Shown here in pieces: positions 22,732 to 32,719 of a stretch of 64,000 bases of DNA. The translations under genes were made by a program, and so were the position numbers. This stretch comes from a bacterium (GTDB lineage: Bacteria; Patescibacteriota; Dojkabacteria; GCA-016699595; JBAXKR01). The stretch is taken from contig JBAXRR010000003.1 in NCBI GenBank assembly GCA_037131125.1, positions 3,682 to 67,681 on the forward strand, read 5' to 3'. Numbering within the stretch: position 1 is the stretch's first letter; the number at the start of each line of letters is the position of its first letter. The notes under the pieces are model-generated. The model saw only the letters and a program-made list of their open reading frames with translations, had not been told where the DNA came from and searched no databases.

Positions 22732-23499
22732 ATGAAAAGAAATAACAATAGTTTTACAATTGTAGAAATTCTTGTAGTACTTGCTATTGTTGGCGTGTTA
22801 ATTGGGCTAAGCGTTGTTGGTATTCAACAGATTCAAAAATCAACAAGATCTTCAAAAGAAAATTCGTCTGTAGTGCAAATTAAAACCCATCTTGAAAGTT
22901 ACTATAATGAGTACAGACATTATCCAACTCCTAGCATGATTAAATTTGATAGTGATGCAAATGCAATATATATATGTACAGAATCTGCAACAAGTTGTAC
23001 CTCATCTACATCTACTGGTGTTTTTTCAGTGGTAAAAATTGAACAAGCTGGTGTAACTTCCATAGACAACTATGCTCAATCCAATGGAACCTATTCTGAA
23101 GCTCCTGTATGTAACCAAGATTTATCTTTGGGAGTAATTAATGAAGAGGTTTGGAGAGTATTCTATGGAGTAGTAAATTCAAGTTCAACAAAACCTCAAG
23201 GGTACTATTTAGCAACTTGTACTGAGATTGGTTGGAAAGATTTTTCAGAAAATCCTTTAGGAGATGGTGAAGTTATTCCCACGAATTCAGGAGACACTAG
23301 TGCAGTTGTAAATATATCTTTTCCATCTGTATCCTCATCATCTTTATCGTCAAAGCCAAACATTTTTTCAGTAACCTCATCAACATATACTAAGCCCATC
23401 TCAAACTCGTCAGCTACTTCGTCATCATGTGTATGTCTTCCTAAACAACAGTGTTTCTGTGTATACAGTTCCGCTGAGTATAGTACCTCACCTTTTTAA
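22732..23499 (+). CDS. type IV pilin paralog 7 (divergent, with a Ser-rich C-terminal tail; start at MKRNNNSFTIVEIL)
   Basis: Prepilin N-terminus. YYLATCTEIGWKDF, then a ~70 aa Ser/Thr-rich tail. Confidence 0.75.
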   Translation: MKRNNNSFTIVEILVVLAIVGVLIGLSVVGIQQIQKSTRSSKENSSVVQIKTHLESYYNEYRHYPTPSMIKFDSDANAIYICTESATSCTSSTSTGVFSVVKIEQAGVTSIDNYAQSNGTYSEAPVCNQDLSLGVINEEVWRVFYGVVNSSSTKPQGYYLATCTEIGWKDFSENPLGDGEVIPTNSGDTSAVVNISFPSVSSSSLSSKPNIFSVTSSTYTKPISNSSATSSSCVCLPKQQCFCVYSSAEYSTSPF

Positions 23500-23508
23500 A
23501 AGTATATT

Positions 23509-24369
23509 ATGAATAATATTGAAATAATAATAAGTATAGTTTTAGTTATATTTATTTTTGTTTTTGGTCTCATCTGGGGAAGTTTTATGAATGCTTTCTT
23601 ATATAGAACAAAGAATAATATTAGTTTAGTAAACAAAAGATCATTTTGTCCTAACTGTAAAGGAAAGATAAGTTGGTATGATAATATCCCTTTACTTTCA
23701 TATATTCTTCTCAGAGGAAAATGTAGACATTGTAAGAAAAAAATATCTATTCAATATCCAATTGTGGAATTATTTCTTGGTTTGATTTCTATTCTTGTAG
23801 CTTACATTACCCTTCCACATCCATTTTCAAATATATACACAGTAAGTAATCCACTTGTAAATATTTTAAGTTATTTGTTTATATTTTTCTTAGCATTTTT
23901 TATCATATATTTTTGTATATATGACATTCTTTATCTTGAAATTAATGACAAAGTAGCTTTTCTTGTGATTGGATTATTATTGGCTACAAATCTAGTTGCT
24001 ATTAAATTCCCTTTTGTAATTCACACACTTATTTTTAACATGCATTTTGGACTAGGTAATATTATTACAGGAATAATTGGACTAGCACTAATTGCTATAG
24101 TTATTTTACTTTCAAAGGGAAAGATGGGAGGAGGAGATTTGAGATTTATTGTTATCGTGGGATTAATTTGTGGACTTCAAAACTTCTATTTCACTTTTTT
24201 AAGTAGTGTAGTAATTGGAAGTGTTATTGGAATAATTTTAGGGTTAATAAAAGGAAAGATAAAGGGATTAGCACTCCCGTTTATCCCCTTCCTATCTTTG
24301 GGTTTACTATGTGGACTCATCTGGGGACAATTAATCTGGAGTAAACTATTCTTCTTCTGGGGGACTTAA
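23509..24369 (+). CDS. pilD: prepilin peptidase (A24 family)
   Basis: N-terminal CPNC...CRHC zinc motif and polytopic membrane domain with catalytic Asp regions (DILYLEIND). 286 aa. Confidence 0.8.
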   Translation: MNNIEIIISIVLVIFIFVFGLIWGSFMNAFLYRTKNNISLVNKRSFCPNCKGKISWYDNIPLLSYILLRGKCRHCKKKISIQYPIVELFLGLISILVAYITLPHPFSNIYTVSNPLVNILSYLFIFFLAFFIIYFCIYDILYLEINDKVAFLVIGLLLATNLVAIKFPFVIHTLIFNMHFGLGNIITGIIGLALIAIVILLSKGKMGGGDLRFIVIVGLICGLQNFYFTFLSSVVIGSVIGIILGLIKGKIKGLALPFIPFLSLGLLCGLIWGQLIWSKLFFFWGT

Positions 24370-24454
24370 AATACTTGATATTCAAGGTTTTTTCATCATA
24401 AATATTTCTTGATTCAATTGTAATTAATCCCGATTTATATTAGATTATACGCAT

Positions 24455-25069
24455 ATGATAAAGCTTTTTTCTGCCCAAAAAGCATATAGTTTGATTGAAC
24501 TTACTGTCAGTCTTGCAATTATTTCTATCCTACTTACCATGTCTACTATTGGTTTGATATCTTTAAGGGAAGGTCTTCTATTAAATTCAGCAACACAAGG
24601 TGTTTATGATGCAGTACAACTTGCAAGATCATATGCAATTAATAATGTAACATATTGGAATACAGACTCTGCTACACCAGAAATTCCAACGATGTATGTA
24701 ATTACACTAGGAAGTCCAATAAGCCTGATGTATTGTAATCTGCCAACGAATACAGCTATTTCTGATATTAATGTTGGAAGTGATTGTGCATTAACTACAG
24801 GAAGTATTTTTGATAGTGATATTGGTTCTGTAAGTATTAATAACAACCTAACAAATGGGTGTGAAGCAGTAGGTTTCTTAACTGGCACTGGAGAGATGTA
24901 TGTAAAACAACTAGGTTCTTCTAATAAATTTTATAACTCATCTAATCTGAATGGTGCTACTCAGGACAAAGCAATTTGTGACTTTGCTATTCAAAACGTA
25001 GATTCAATTAATCCAAGAACAGTTTATATAGAATCTGATGGTAATCGTCAAACAATTAAGAAAAAATAA
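24455..25069 (+). CDS. minor pilin / pseudopilin
   Basis: N-terminal QKA|YSLIELTVSLAIISILL class III signal with Glu +5. Confidence 0.65.
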   Translation: MIKLFSAQKAYSLIELTVSLAIISILLTMSTIGLISLREGLLLNSATQGVYDAVQLARSYAINNVTYWNTDSATPEIPTMYVITLGSPISLMYCNLPTNTAISDINVGSDCALTTGSIFDSDIGSVSINNNLTNGCEAVGFLTGTGEMYVKQLGSSNKFYNSSNLNGATQDKAICDFAIQNVDSINPRTVYIESDGNRQTIKKK

Positions 25070-25616
25070 AGCATTTAGTATTATTGAAATAATTATAGCT
25101 CTGGTATTTAGCTCAGTTATTTTAACTACATTTGTTTCCTTGTCCGCATGGGGACTTAATAATGCAAAAGATAATGAAGTTGAAGATACCGCAACTCAAA
25201 GTATGGTTGAAGTTAATGATTTATTAAGATCCTCAAGTGATATTTCTGTAGATACTGCGCCTACAATTCTATATGGATTTTATACTCTGAACTATGCTCA
25301 ACAAAATGCAACAGCGGCTGAGAGGAATAAGTTAATTAAGTTTTACACTGACTCAGGAATTTTTACTTTAGATGATTTAACACTAGATTTTTGCAGGAAT
25401 AATCCTTCCCTTCAGGTTAAATTTTCTGATGCGAGTTCTAATTTAATTACATCAAATGTTATTTGTGTAATGGCTAAGATCACAAAGATGCATGATAATC
25501 CTCTAGATAACAGATATACGTATACTATCAAGGTTGTTGCAGAAAAGTCTGGTGACCAATCCTATGAAGAAACAATAGATGGACTTAGAGTTGGAAATTT
25601 TATTGCTTCAAACTAA
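25038..25616 (+). CDS. minor pilin / pseudopilin
   Basis: N-terminal KNKA|FSIIEIIIALVF class III signal. Overlaps the previous gene by 32 nt. Confidence 0.6.
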   Translation: MVIVKQLRKNKAFSIIEIIIALVFSSVILTTFVSLSAWGLNNAKDNEVEDTATQSMVEVNDLLRSSSDISVDTAPTILYGFYTLNYAQQNATAAERNKLIKFYTDSGIFTLDDLTLDFCRNNPSLQVKFSDASSNLITSNVICVMAKITKMHDNPLDNRYTYTIKVVAEKSGDQSYEETIDGLRVGNFIASN

Positions 25617-25618
25617 TA

Positions 25619-26281
25619 ATGAAAAAGTTACTCTTAACACTTAAAAAAAGAATAAAGAATAGAAGATCAGTAAGTTTACTTGAACTTCTTATAACTCTTG
25701 GAATAATGGTTATTCTCCTTACTATGATTTCTAACGTGTTTGTTGAGGTTATGAGAATAAATATTTTAAATAAAGAAAGAACATTTGTAAGAGAAGAATC
25801 TGCAATATTACTTGCTCAAATGAAAAAAGATATTCGAAATGCAGATAGTTTAGATAATTGTGTAGATATTGTATTAAATGCTGGAGTAGGACAATCCAGT
25901 AATGATTGCACTTTTAATACTGGTGGAAAAAAATATGAATGGAAGTTTGAAGCAGCAGCATCCCCTTTTGATCAAGATGGATATGTTGCCAATAAATATT
26001 TGGTAACAAGAGATCCAATAACAGGACAAGATAATGTATTTACATTAATATACACAAGTCCAGATGGGATTCTTTTTGACTTGGATCCAACACCTGGAAA
26101 TACTAGCAGTACAAATAAAATATTTACTATTCTTTCAGATCCACTTAGTCAAGATGGAGAGTTGACTGTTTTAATAAAGTTAGTTGCAAAATCTTTCCCA
26201 GGAGAGCCACTTTCTGAGCCTGCTGTAAAGAACGTTATAAAGCAAACTATTGTCTCTGCTAGAAATTTTAGTAGCAATTAG
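25619..26281 (+). CDS. minor pilin / pseudopilin
   Basis: N-terminal NRRS|VSLLELLITLGIMVIL class III signal. Confidence 0.6.
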   Translation: MKKLLLTLKKRIKNRRSVSLLELLITLGIMVILLTMISNVFVEVMRINILNKERTFVREESAILLAQMKKDIRNADSLDNCVDIVLNAGVGQSSNDCTFNTGGKKYEWKFEAAASPFDQDGYVANKYLVTRDPITGQDNVFTLIYTSPDGILFDLDPTPGNTSSTNKIFTILSDPLSQDGELTVLIKLVAKSFPGEPLSEPAVKNVIKQTIVSARNFSSN

Positions 26282-26345
26282 TTCTTAGTAATATTAAGAT
26301 AGTATACTGATGATGTAATAAAAATTAGATGTAATAACAAATAAT

Positions 26346-27392
26346 ATGAAACTGCCCGAATTCTTTGGATTAGACATTGGTAATCACACAATTAAAGTGT
26401 GTGAGACTAGATGGGAAGGAGATACTCCTGTTCTAGTTGCACTTGGAAGTTACGAAACTCCTTTTGGAGTTATTGGTTCTGAGAATACAGAACATAAAAG
26501 GCAATTAGCTGAGAATATAAAGAAAGCTGTAGCTGCATCAGGAATTAAGACTAAAAATGCAGTCGTTGCACTTCCTGAAGGAGCAATATTCACAAGACTT
26601 GTTCCAGGTTTTCCAAAAGTGTCTGACGATAAACTAGCTGAAGCAATTCTCTACGAAGCAAAAAAATATATTCCTATTCCTCCAGAAGAAACAAATATTG
26701 ATCATATGGTTGTAGGAGAGAGAACACAAGATGGGAAGGTCTTAATCGATGTTCTAATTGTTGCAGCTCCAAAAAGTCTAGTTGAAAGATATATGGAAAT
26801 ATTAAAACTATCTGGCCTTGAAGGATTAGCACTAGAAACAGAAGCAATTGCAACAACAAGATCGATTTCTTCACAAAAGAATTTTGATAAAACCAAAGCG
26901 GCTATTGTTTTAGACTTTGGTGCAAATGGAACTGATCTTAGTGTTATTAAAGGTGAGAGTTTATTATTCTCTCAGAGTTTAGGAACAGGTTCAGATGCAT
27001 TTACAAGGGCTATTGCTGTAGATTTTGGACTTACAACTCCTCAAGCTGAACAATACAAAAGAGTATATGGATTAGACGAAACAAAGGCAGAAGGAAAGAT
27101 TGCAAAGTCCCTCTACCCTATTATTCAGATTATCGCTATTGAAATAACTAAAACTATGGACTTTTTTAAGACTAGATTTGTAAATATGGTTCCTCAGAAG
27201 ATATACATAGTTGGAGATGGTGGAAAACTTCCTGGTTTGGCTGCATATTTAAGTAAAATATATAACATAGATTGTGAACTTGCTAAGCCATTTCAAGACT
27301 TTAAGATAGATGAGAAACTTAAGAAAGATATGGCTCAATTATCTGACGTAGGGTTTACAGTAGCCACAGGTTTAGCTTTAAAGAAAGAATAA
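26346..27392 (+). CDS. pilM: type IV pilus assembly protein PilM (actin-like ATPase fold)
   Basis: FGLDIGNHTIKV N-terminus, 348 aa, and position just upstream of PilN/O-like genes. Confidence 0.7.
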   Translation: MKLPEFFGLDIGNHTIKVCETRWEGDTPVLVALGSYETPFGVIGSENTEHKRQLAENIKKAVAASGIKTKNAVVALPEGAIFTRLVPGFPKVSDDKLAEAILYEAKKYIPIPPEETNIDHMVVGERTQDGKVLIDVLIVAAPKSLVERYMEILKLSGLEGLALETEAIATTRSISSQKNFDKTKAAIVLDFGANGTDLSVIKGESLLFSQSLGTGSDAFTRAIAVDFGLTTPQAEQYKRVYGLDETKAEGKIAKSLYPIIQIIAIEITKTMDFFKTRFVNMVPQKIYIVGDGGKLPGLAAYLSKIYNIDCELAKPFQDFKIDEKLKKDMAQLSDVGFTVATGLALKKE

Positions 27393-27393
27393 C

Positions 27394-27945
27394 TTGCCTA
27401 AGAACTATATAAACTTACTTACAAAAAAGACTCAAGGAGAACTTAAGGATGCAAAGAATATAGAGTTCTCTTCTATCTATTCAGCATTCCTTCCAATTCT
27501 TGCATGTGTTGTATGGATAGGACTTGTTATTGCAAATGGTGCAGTCTCTCAGAATGTAAAGATTGAAAAAGTGAATATAGAGACACAAAAGACAATGGAA
27601 AATGATATGTCTGTTTACCAAAAGAACAATGGACAACTTGTACAAAAAGTAGATATTCTTAAACCAATTATTCAGAAAGATGTAGATCCAAATAAAGTAT
27701 TTGATCAGATAAGAAAGAATCTTTCTACATATAGCGAAATATTAAGTATAGATGGATATACAAGAAAATCTGATGGACAATTTAGCTTTAGTGGAAAATC
27801 TAAAACATATTTAGATTTATCAAGGGTTATTAAAAAATTTGAGCAAAATACTGAACTTAAAAATGTCAATTTGAAGTCAATTGCATATAACAAAGATGCT
27901 GATATTGTTACCTTTTCAGTTACATTTTATTACGTAACGCTTTAA
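27394..27945 (+). CDS. pilN: PilN-like bitopic pilus alignment protein
   Basis: N-terminal YINLL motif, single TM, 183 aa, and follows pilM by 1 nt. Confidence 0.55.
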   Translation: MPKNYINLLTKKTQGELKDAKNIEFSSIYSAFLPILACVVWIGLVIANGAVSQNVKIEKVNIETQKTMENDMSVYQKNNGQLVQKVDILKPIIQKDVDPNKVFDQIRKNLSTYSEILSIDGYTRKSDGQFSFSGKSKTYLDLSRVIKKFEQNTELKNVNLKSIAYNKDADIVTFSVTFYYVTL

Positions 27946-27949
27946 GATT

Positions 27950-28759
27950 ATGGAACTTGCAGATAGAGATTTAAAAATAGCTGATGATGTTTCTGGGAGT
28001 ATTAAGAAGTCTACTAAAAAAGACTTTGTAGATGTCCTTAAACAATATTCAATTCCTTTGATAAGTGTTTCCCTATTCTTAGGAGTAGCTATAATTAGTA
28101 TCTTTCCAACAGCAACAAGTATTTTTGATAACTACAAGCAATTGGATAAGCTTAAGGCAAGTGAGAAGACTAATCAGGATACATTAGATAAGCTTACAAC
28201 TTTGAAGGAAAGAGATGCTCAAACAATTAGTGATCTTGCAACGATTGATCAAATAGTTCCTTCTGAAAAAACTAAAATAGTTGGTCTTCAACAGTTTATT
28301 CAAGATAAAACAAAACAATATAATCTTGATCTTAAGGAAATGACTATCGGTGAACAGTTACAAAAGGTTTCAGATGGGACATCTACAACAAAGACTTCAA
28401 AGGTTGCTACTGTAGATGCGCAAGGTAATCCTATTAAAAATACGGAAGATAGCTTACGCGTTGCTCCTACTACCGCAAAGATTGAAGGAAAGTTTGCAGA
28501 TATTCAGAGTTTCTTTTCCGACTTCTATAAAGTTAATGATTTGTACATAATAACTACTATGAATCTTAAATCTTCAACATCTATTTCTCCTAATCAGATA
28601 ACTACGAGTGATGCAAAGTGGTCATTAGATATTACATTTTCTAAATATGCATTTTCGGAAGATTTCTTAACTAACTCAGTTGCATTTACAAAGATTCCTA
28701 TTTCTTCTGTCCCGGATTCTACAGTTCTTAAATATTTGAGAGATAGGTATACGAAATAA
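27950..28759 (+). CDS. PilO-like bitopic coiled-coil protein
   Basis: Single TM then a coiled-coil region. Position after pilM/pilN. Confidence 0.4.
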   Translation: MELADRDLKIADDVSGSIKKSTKKDFVDVLKQYSIPLISVSLFLGVAIISIFPTATSIFDNYKQLDKLKASEKTNQDTLDKLTTLKERDAQTISDLATIDQIVPSEKTKIVGLQQFIQDKTKQYNLDLKEMTIGEQLQKVSDGTSTTKTSKVATVDAQGNPIKNTEDSLRVAPTTAKIEGKFADIQSFFSDFYKVNDLYIITTMNLKSSTSISPNQITTSDAKWSLDITFSKYAFSEDFLTNSVAFTKIPISSVPDSTVLKYLRDRYTK

Positions 28760-28762
28760 AAA

Positions 28763-28788
28763 AGGAACTATTTCTAGTTCCTTTTTAT
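28763..28788. terminator. bidirectional intrinsic terminator between the PilO-like gene and the KH-domain gene
   Basis: AGGAACTA-tttc-TAGTTCCT, with A-run before and T-run after. Confidence 0.6.
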
Positions 28789-28810
28789 AACTTCAAATGT
28801 TTTGTTTTTC

Positions 28811-29041
28811 TTAGTCTAATACCTTTATGTAAACTCTTTTCCCTTCTCTTACTGCTATTAAAGCAACAGTATCTCTTATTGCTTTAATATTTCTACCAAG
28901 TTTACCAATTATTAGGGGTTTATCTTCGTTATTAAGTGTAAGATTAAGTGTGATGTTTGTACCATCTGCTACCTCTTCTACTTTAACGTCATCAGGGAAT
29001 TTAGTCACTGATTTAGCGATATATTCTAATAACTCTTTCAT
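28811..29041 (-). CDS. KH-domain RNA-binding protein (YlqC/UPF0109-like)
   Basis: GKLGRNIKAIRDTV KH signature. 76 aa. Lies next to rpsP as in many bacteria. Confidence 0.65.
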   Translation of the reverse strand: MKELLEYIAKSVTKFPDDVKVEEVADGTNITLNLTLNNEDKPLIIGKLGRNIKAIRDTVALIAVREGKRVYIKVLD

Positions 29042-29085
29042 AGAAATAAAGTTATAAGTAAAATACTAAAATTCCTTATTTCTAA

Positions 29086-29391
29086 CTATTTTTTCTTTGC
29101 TGCCTTCATCTCAGCTTTAGATTTTCTTTCTACTCTAACTCTTTTTCTAGCTTCTAAAAGACCTTCTTTTGCAAAGATATCGTGAACAGTTTCTGTAGGT
29201 TTTACACCTTTAGATAACCAATCTTTTATTTTATCTTTTTCTAATTTAATAACGGCTGGTTTTTCAAGTGGGTCGTAAGTACCTACTAAATCTACATATT
29301 CACCTTGTCTTTTATCTCGAGCTTCATTTACAACAATTCTGTAATGAGGTTCTCTTTTCTTTCCAAATCTCATTAATTTAAACTTAAGCAT
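29086..29391 (-). CDS. rpsP: 30S ribosomal protein S16 (start moved to internal MLKFKLMRFGKK)
   Basis: MLKFKLMRFGKKREPHYRIVV.. matches the S16 N-terminus. Confidence 0.8.
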   Translation of the reverse strand: MLKFKLMRFGKKREPHYRIVVNEARDKRQGEYVDLVGTYDPLEKPAVIKLEKDKIKDWLSKGVKPTETVHDIFAKEGLLEARKRVRVERKSKAEMKAAKKK

Positions 29392-29443
29392 GTAATCCAA
29401 ATAATAAATTAAAATCACTAACTTCCCGATTATATCATAGCAA

Positions 29444-30199
29444 TTAAGGCTTTTGTAGCACTTTTAGTGCTTCTAGAGCTGCATTTTGCTCTGCATCTTG
29501 CTTACTTTTGCCTTTTCCACTTCCATATACCTTGTCTTGTATCTTTATACACATGGTAAATATCTTACTGTGGTCTGGTCCTTCTTCGTTAATAAGCTCA
29601 TAATATGGAGTAGATTTGAATGTTAATTGAGCTATCTCTTGTAATCTAGATTTTGGGTCAATATCTGACCTTGAAGCAACTATAGCATCTAGTTTTCCAT
29701 AGAGTTCTCTTTTGAGAAATTTTTCTACAACATCTAAACCACTGTCTAGGTATATAGATCCAAGTATTGCTTCGAATGTGTTAGCAAGCACATATGTTCT
29801 ACTTCTTCCACCAGTTGTTTCTTCTCCTCTACTCATATATATGTACTTACCTACTCCTAATCTAGTGCTAATTTCAGACAAGGATTCGGTTTTAACAAGC
29901 GCTGCTCTAAAACTTGTCAAATCACCCTCAGGTCTACCTGGAAGCTTTTTAAAAAGGAAATCTGATGTTAGAAGTTCAAGTACTGCATCTCCTAAAAATT
30001 CTAATCTTTCGTTATTTTCGAATTCTGTATTTTTAACTTCATTTAAGAAAGATCTATGTATTAATGCAGATTTTAGAAGTACAGCATCGTTGAATTTAAC
30101 TCCCAATATTTTTTCAAGTTCATCGAATTTTTCTCTCTCATCGCTTGTTATATTCTTACTCATTTGATTTATCTGTGATATCTTTTTTTGATTCAACAA
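29444..30199 (-). CDS. rnc: ribonuclease III
   Basis: ERLEFLGDAVLELL signature and a C-terminal dsRBD (..GSGKGKSKQDAEQNAA..). Confidence 0.9.
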   Translation of the reverse strand: MLNQKKISQINQMSKNITSDEREKFDELEKILGVKFNDAVLLKSALIHRSFLNEVKNTEFENNERLEFLGDAVLELLTSDFLFKKLPGRPEGDLTSFRAALVKTESLSEISTRLGVGKYIYMSRGEETTGGRSRTYVLANTFEAILGSIYLDSGLDVVEKFLKRELYGKLDAIVASRSDIDPKSRLQEIAQLTFKSTPYYELINEEGPDHSKIFTMCIKIQDKVYGSGKGKSKQDAEQNAALEALKVLQKP

Positions 30200-30617
30200 C
30201 GGAGGAGTCCTTATTATCTAAAGCCTTATCTAGTACTCCATTTACAAAAGAAGAATCTGAATCACTACCAAACTCTTTTGCAAGCTCAATGGATTCATCA
30301 ATGACAACCTTTCTAGGAGTTATTTTCAATATATTATATTCCAGTATTGCCATTTGCATAATGATTAAGGATGTTTTGGAGATTTGATCAAGTGGTCTTT
30401 CTATTGCATATTTACTAATTATTGCAGATATTACTTCTTCGTTGGATTTAAAATTTGTAGTTAACTTGGAAAATAGAGATTCATCAAATCTTGTTATATC
30501 ACTCATCTCACTCATATCCTCCATACTAATATGGATAAGATCAGGGAAGTAGCTTTGATAGATTTGTTCGATGGCTAAAATTCTTGCGCTATGTCTAGGG
30601 TCAGTATATTTTTTCAC
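30156..30617 (-). CDS. nusB: transcription antitermination factor NusB-like
   Basis: N-terminal RHSARILAIEQIYQ resembles the NusB R..AR..A.Q.LYQ motif. 153 aa. Confidence 0.55.
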   Translation of the reverse strand: MKKYTDPRHSARILAIEQIYQSYFPDLIHISMEDMSEMSDITRFDESLFSKLTTNFKSNEEVISAIISKYAIERPLDQISKTSLIIMQMAILEYNILKITPRKVVIDESIELAKEFGSDSDSSFVNGVLDKALDNKDSSVVESKKDITDKSNE

Positions 30618-30645
30618 AAGTAGTTTTCTCTAAGATAGATTAAAC

Positions 30646-30825
30646 CTATTTTACTTCTAATATTTTCTTACCTCTGTAGATTCCACTAAATGGACTTACT
30701 CTATGAGGAAGTGTTGATTTTTTACTTACGGATTCTACTGCTAATTGAGGCTTCTTAAGTCTATCCATAGACCTTCTTTTTAAGCTTCTAGCCTTCGAAT
30801 TCTTTCTTTTTGGTAATGCACCCAT
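30646..30825 (-). CDS. rpmF: 50S ribosomal protein L32 (not in the ORF track; 59 aa)
   Basis: Manual translation gives MGALPKRKNSKARSLKRRSMDRLKKPQLAVESVSKKSTLPHRVSPFSGIYRGKKILEVK. The L32 hallmarks are PKRK.SKSR..RR and HR....G.Y.G. Confidence 0.8.
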   Translation of the reverse strand: MGALPKRKNSKARSLKRRSMDRLKKPQLAVESVSKKSTLPHRVSPFSGIYRGKKILEVK

Positions 30826-30914
30826 ATCAGTATATAAATATATTAAACTAAGATATTATACAGGAAGAAGCCTAAATTCCCAAGGAATATTTAATATCTC
30901 TCTAAAAATGTACT

Positions 30915-31406
30915 TTAATCGTTTATTGTTCCATCGTTTTTGCTACCTAGATTGTTACTTTTCCCATTCTCTGTGCATGCAAATAGACCATATTCTTGAG
31001 GGCTCTGAGGGTTTGTACCATAGAAAATAGTCCATGTGTCTGCTGTTGCTGGATGATCAGCACATACAGTTGGATTATTGTATATATCAGGAAAGAATGA
31101 AGGGGTTAAAGATTGTATAGGAATTGTTGCAAAAATAATTGTACCTCCTTGTCCATGTTGCCCGTAATCAATGTAGAAATTGGTTCCTTCTGCTACAACT
31201 TCCATAGTGTTAATTGGATATCTTCTGTATTTTGAGTAAAAAGATTCCAGAGATCCTTGAATATTTCTCAAATCGTTTAATCTTTGTGTTTCTCTTTGGT
31301 TCTTTTGAAGTGCTTGAATTCCAAATACTGCAAGCGATAAGAGTACACCTATTACTGCCATTACAACAAGAAGTTCTACAATAGTGAACGCTTTTTTATT
31401 ATGCAT
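30915..31406 (-). CDS. type IV major pilin paralog 8 (start at MHNKKAFTIVEL)
   Basis: Same conserved N-terminal ~60 aa and C-terminal ..YGLFACTENGKSNNLGSKND as the plus-strand tandem array. Confidence 0.8.
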   Translation of the reverse strand: MHNKKAFTIVELLVVMAVIGVLLSLAVFGIQALQKNQRETQRLNDLRNIQGSLESFYSKYRRYPINTMEVVAEGTNFYIDYGQHGQGGTIIFATIPIQSLTPSFFPDIYNNPTVCADHPATADTWTIFYGTNPQSPQEYGLFACTENGKSNNLGSKNDGTIND

Positions 31407-31571
31407 ACTAAGTAAAATTAATTTATTCTTACAAAATATATCATAAACGTTAAATGAAAAGATTATGGTCATTGTTTAGGGCATGTTTAATAGTGAATGA
31501 CCCATTATTTTTAAGCGTTTTATATACGGTACTTATAAACAATTGACCGGATTTCTGGAGTTGCTACACTA

Positions 31572-32060
31572 TTAATCAGTATTCTTACTTCCCAAGTTAG
31601 TAGTTTTACCATTTTCTGTACATGCGAATAAAGCATACTCTTGTGGGTTAACTGCTCCAAATGCTGCAGAAGTGTGGTATTGAACCCACCAAGTATCTGC
31701 TGTTGCTATATGTCCATCGTCGTCAGAGCAGGTTGCAGAATTATATCCATCGTTAAATTCTGTTGGTGTTAATGATTGGATAGGAATAGTAGCAAAATTT
31801 ATAGCCCCTACACCAACTCCGTATGTGATTTCAAAATTGGTATCAACTACATTAAATTCAGTTTGAAGCGGATATCTCCTATACTTTGAATAGTAAGATT
31901 CTAATGATCCTTGAATGTTTCTCAAATCGTTTAATCTTTGTGTCTCTCTTTGATTCTTTTGTAATGCTTGTATTCCAAAGACTGCGAGAGATAATAGTAC
32001 CCCTATGACTGCCATCACAACCAATAGTTCTACTATTGTGAAAGCTTTAAGTTTTTTCAT
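31572..32060 (-). CDS. type IV major pilin paralog 9 (start at MKKLKAFTIVEL)
   Basis: Conserved N- and C-terminal pilin modules. Confidence 0.8.
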   Translation of the reverse strand: MKKLKAFTIVELLVVMAVIGVLLSLAVFGIQALQKNQRETQRLNDLRNIQGSLESYYSKYRRYPLQTEFNVVDTNFEITYGVGVGAINFATIPIQSLTPTEFNDGYNSATCSDDDGHIATADTWWVQYHTSAAFGAVNPQEYALFACTENGKTTNLGSKNTD

Positions 32061-32103
32061 TTGAATATTTTGTAAATTTAATAATTTCTCTATTTTGTTC
32101 AGA

Positions 32104-32580
32104 TTAGAAATCGTTTTTCGCTCCAAAGTTTTGTGTTTTTTCGTTTTCTGTACATGCAAAGAGAGCATAAGTTTGAGGATTTGGGTTTAGAGCTCCCACA
32201 TGATACATAACCCACCAAGTATCTGCTGTAGCTCCAAGACCATTAGTCTCGCAATTTGTAATGTCGTCATAGCCCTCGTCAGAAAATTTAGGAGTCAAAG
32301 ATTGTATTGGAATTGTTACGAATTCTGGACCACTATTTCCAATCGTTATTTTAAAATTACTCCCATCTATGATAAGTTCATTTACGACTGGATATCTTCT
32401 GTACTTTGAGTAATATGATTCCAATGAACCTTGTATGTTCTTGAGATCTTGAAGTCTCTGAGTTTCTCTTTGATTCTTCTGAAGAGCTTGTATACCAAAT
32501 ACAGCTAAAGAGAGAAGTACACCTATCACTGCCATCACAACTAGTAGTTCTACTATTGTGAAAGCTTTGAAATTTTTCAT
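32104..32580 (-). CDS. type IV major pilin paralog 10
   Basis: MKNFKAFTIVELLVVMAVIG... and C-terminal ..YALFACTENEKTQNFGAKND. Confidence 0.85.
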   Translation of the reverse strand: MKNFKAFTIVELLVVMAVIGVLLSLAVFGIQALQKNQRETQRLQDLKNIQGSLESYYSKYRRYPVVNELIIDGSNFKITIGNSGPEFVTIPIQSLTPKFSDEGYDDITNCETNGLGATADTWWVMYHVGALNPNPQTYALFACTENEKTQNFGAKNDF

Positions 32581-32719
32581 TTCTGTGAAAGTAATAAATA
32601 AGATAAGCTTTCTGTACTTATCAATATACTATTTTCCAATATCTATTTGAAGTGACAATAAAAAACACCCCTGATTTCTCAGAGGTGTTAAATTTAAAAT
32701 CAAGAAAAGTTAATTAAAC

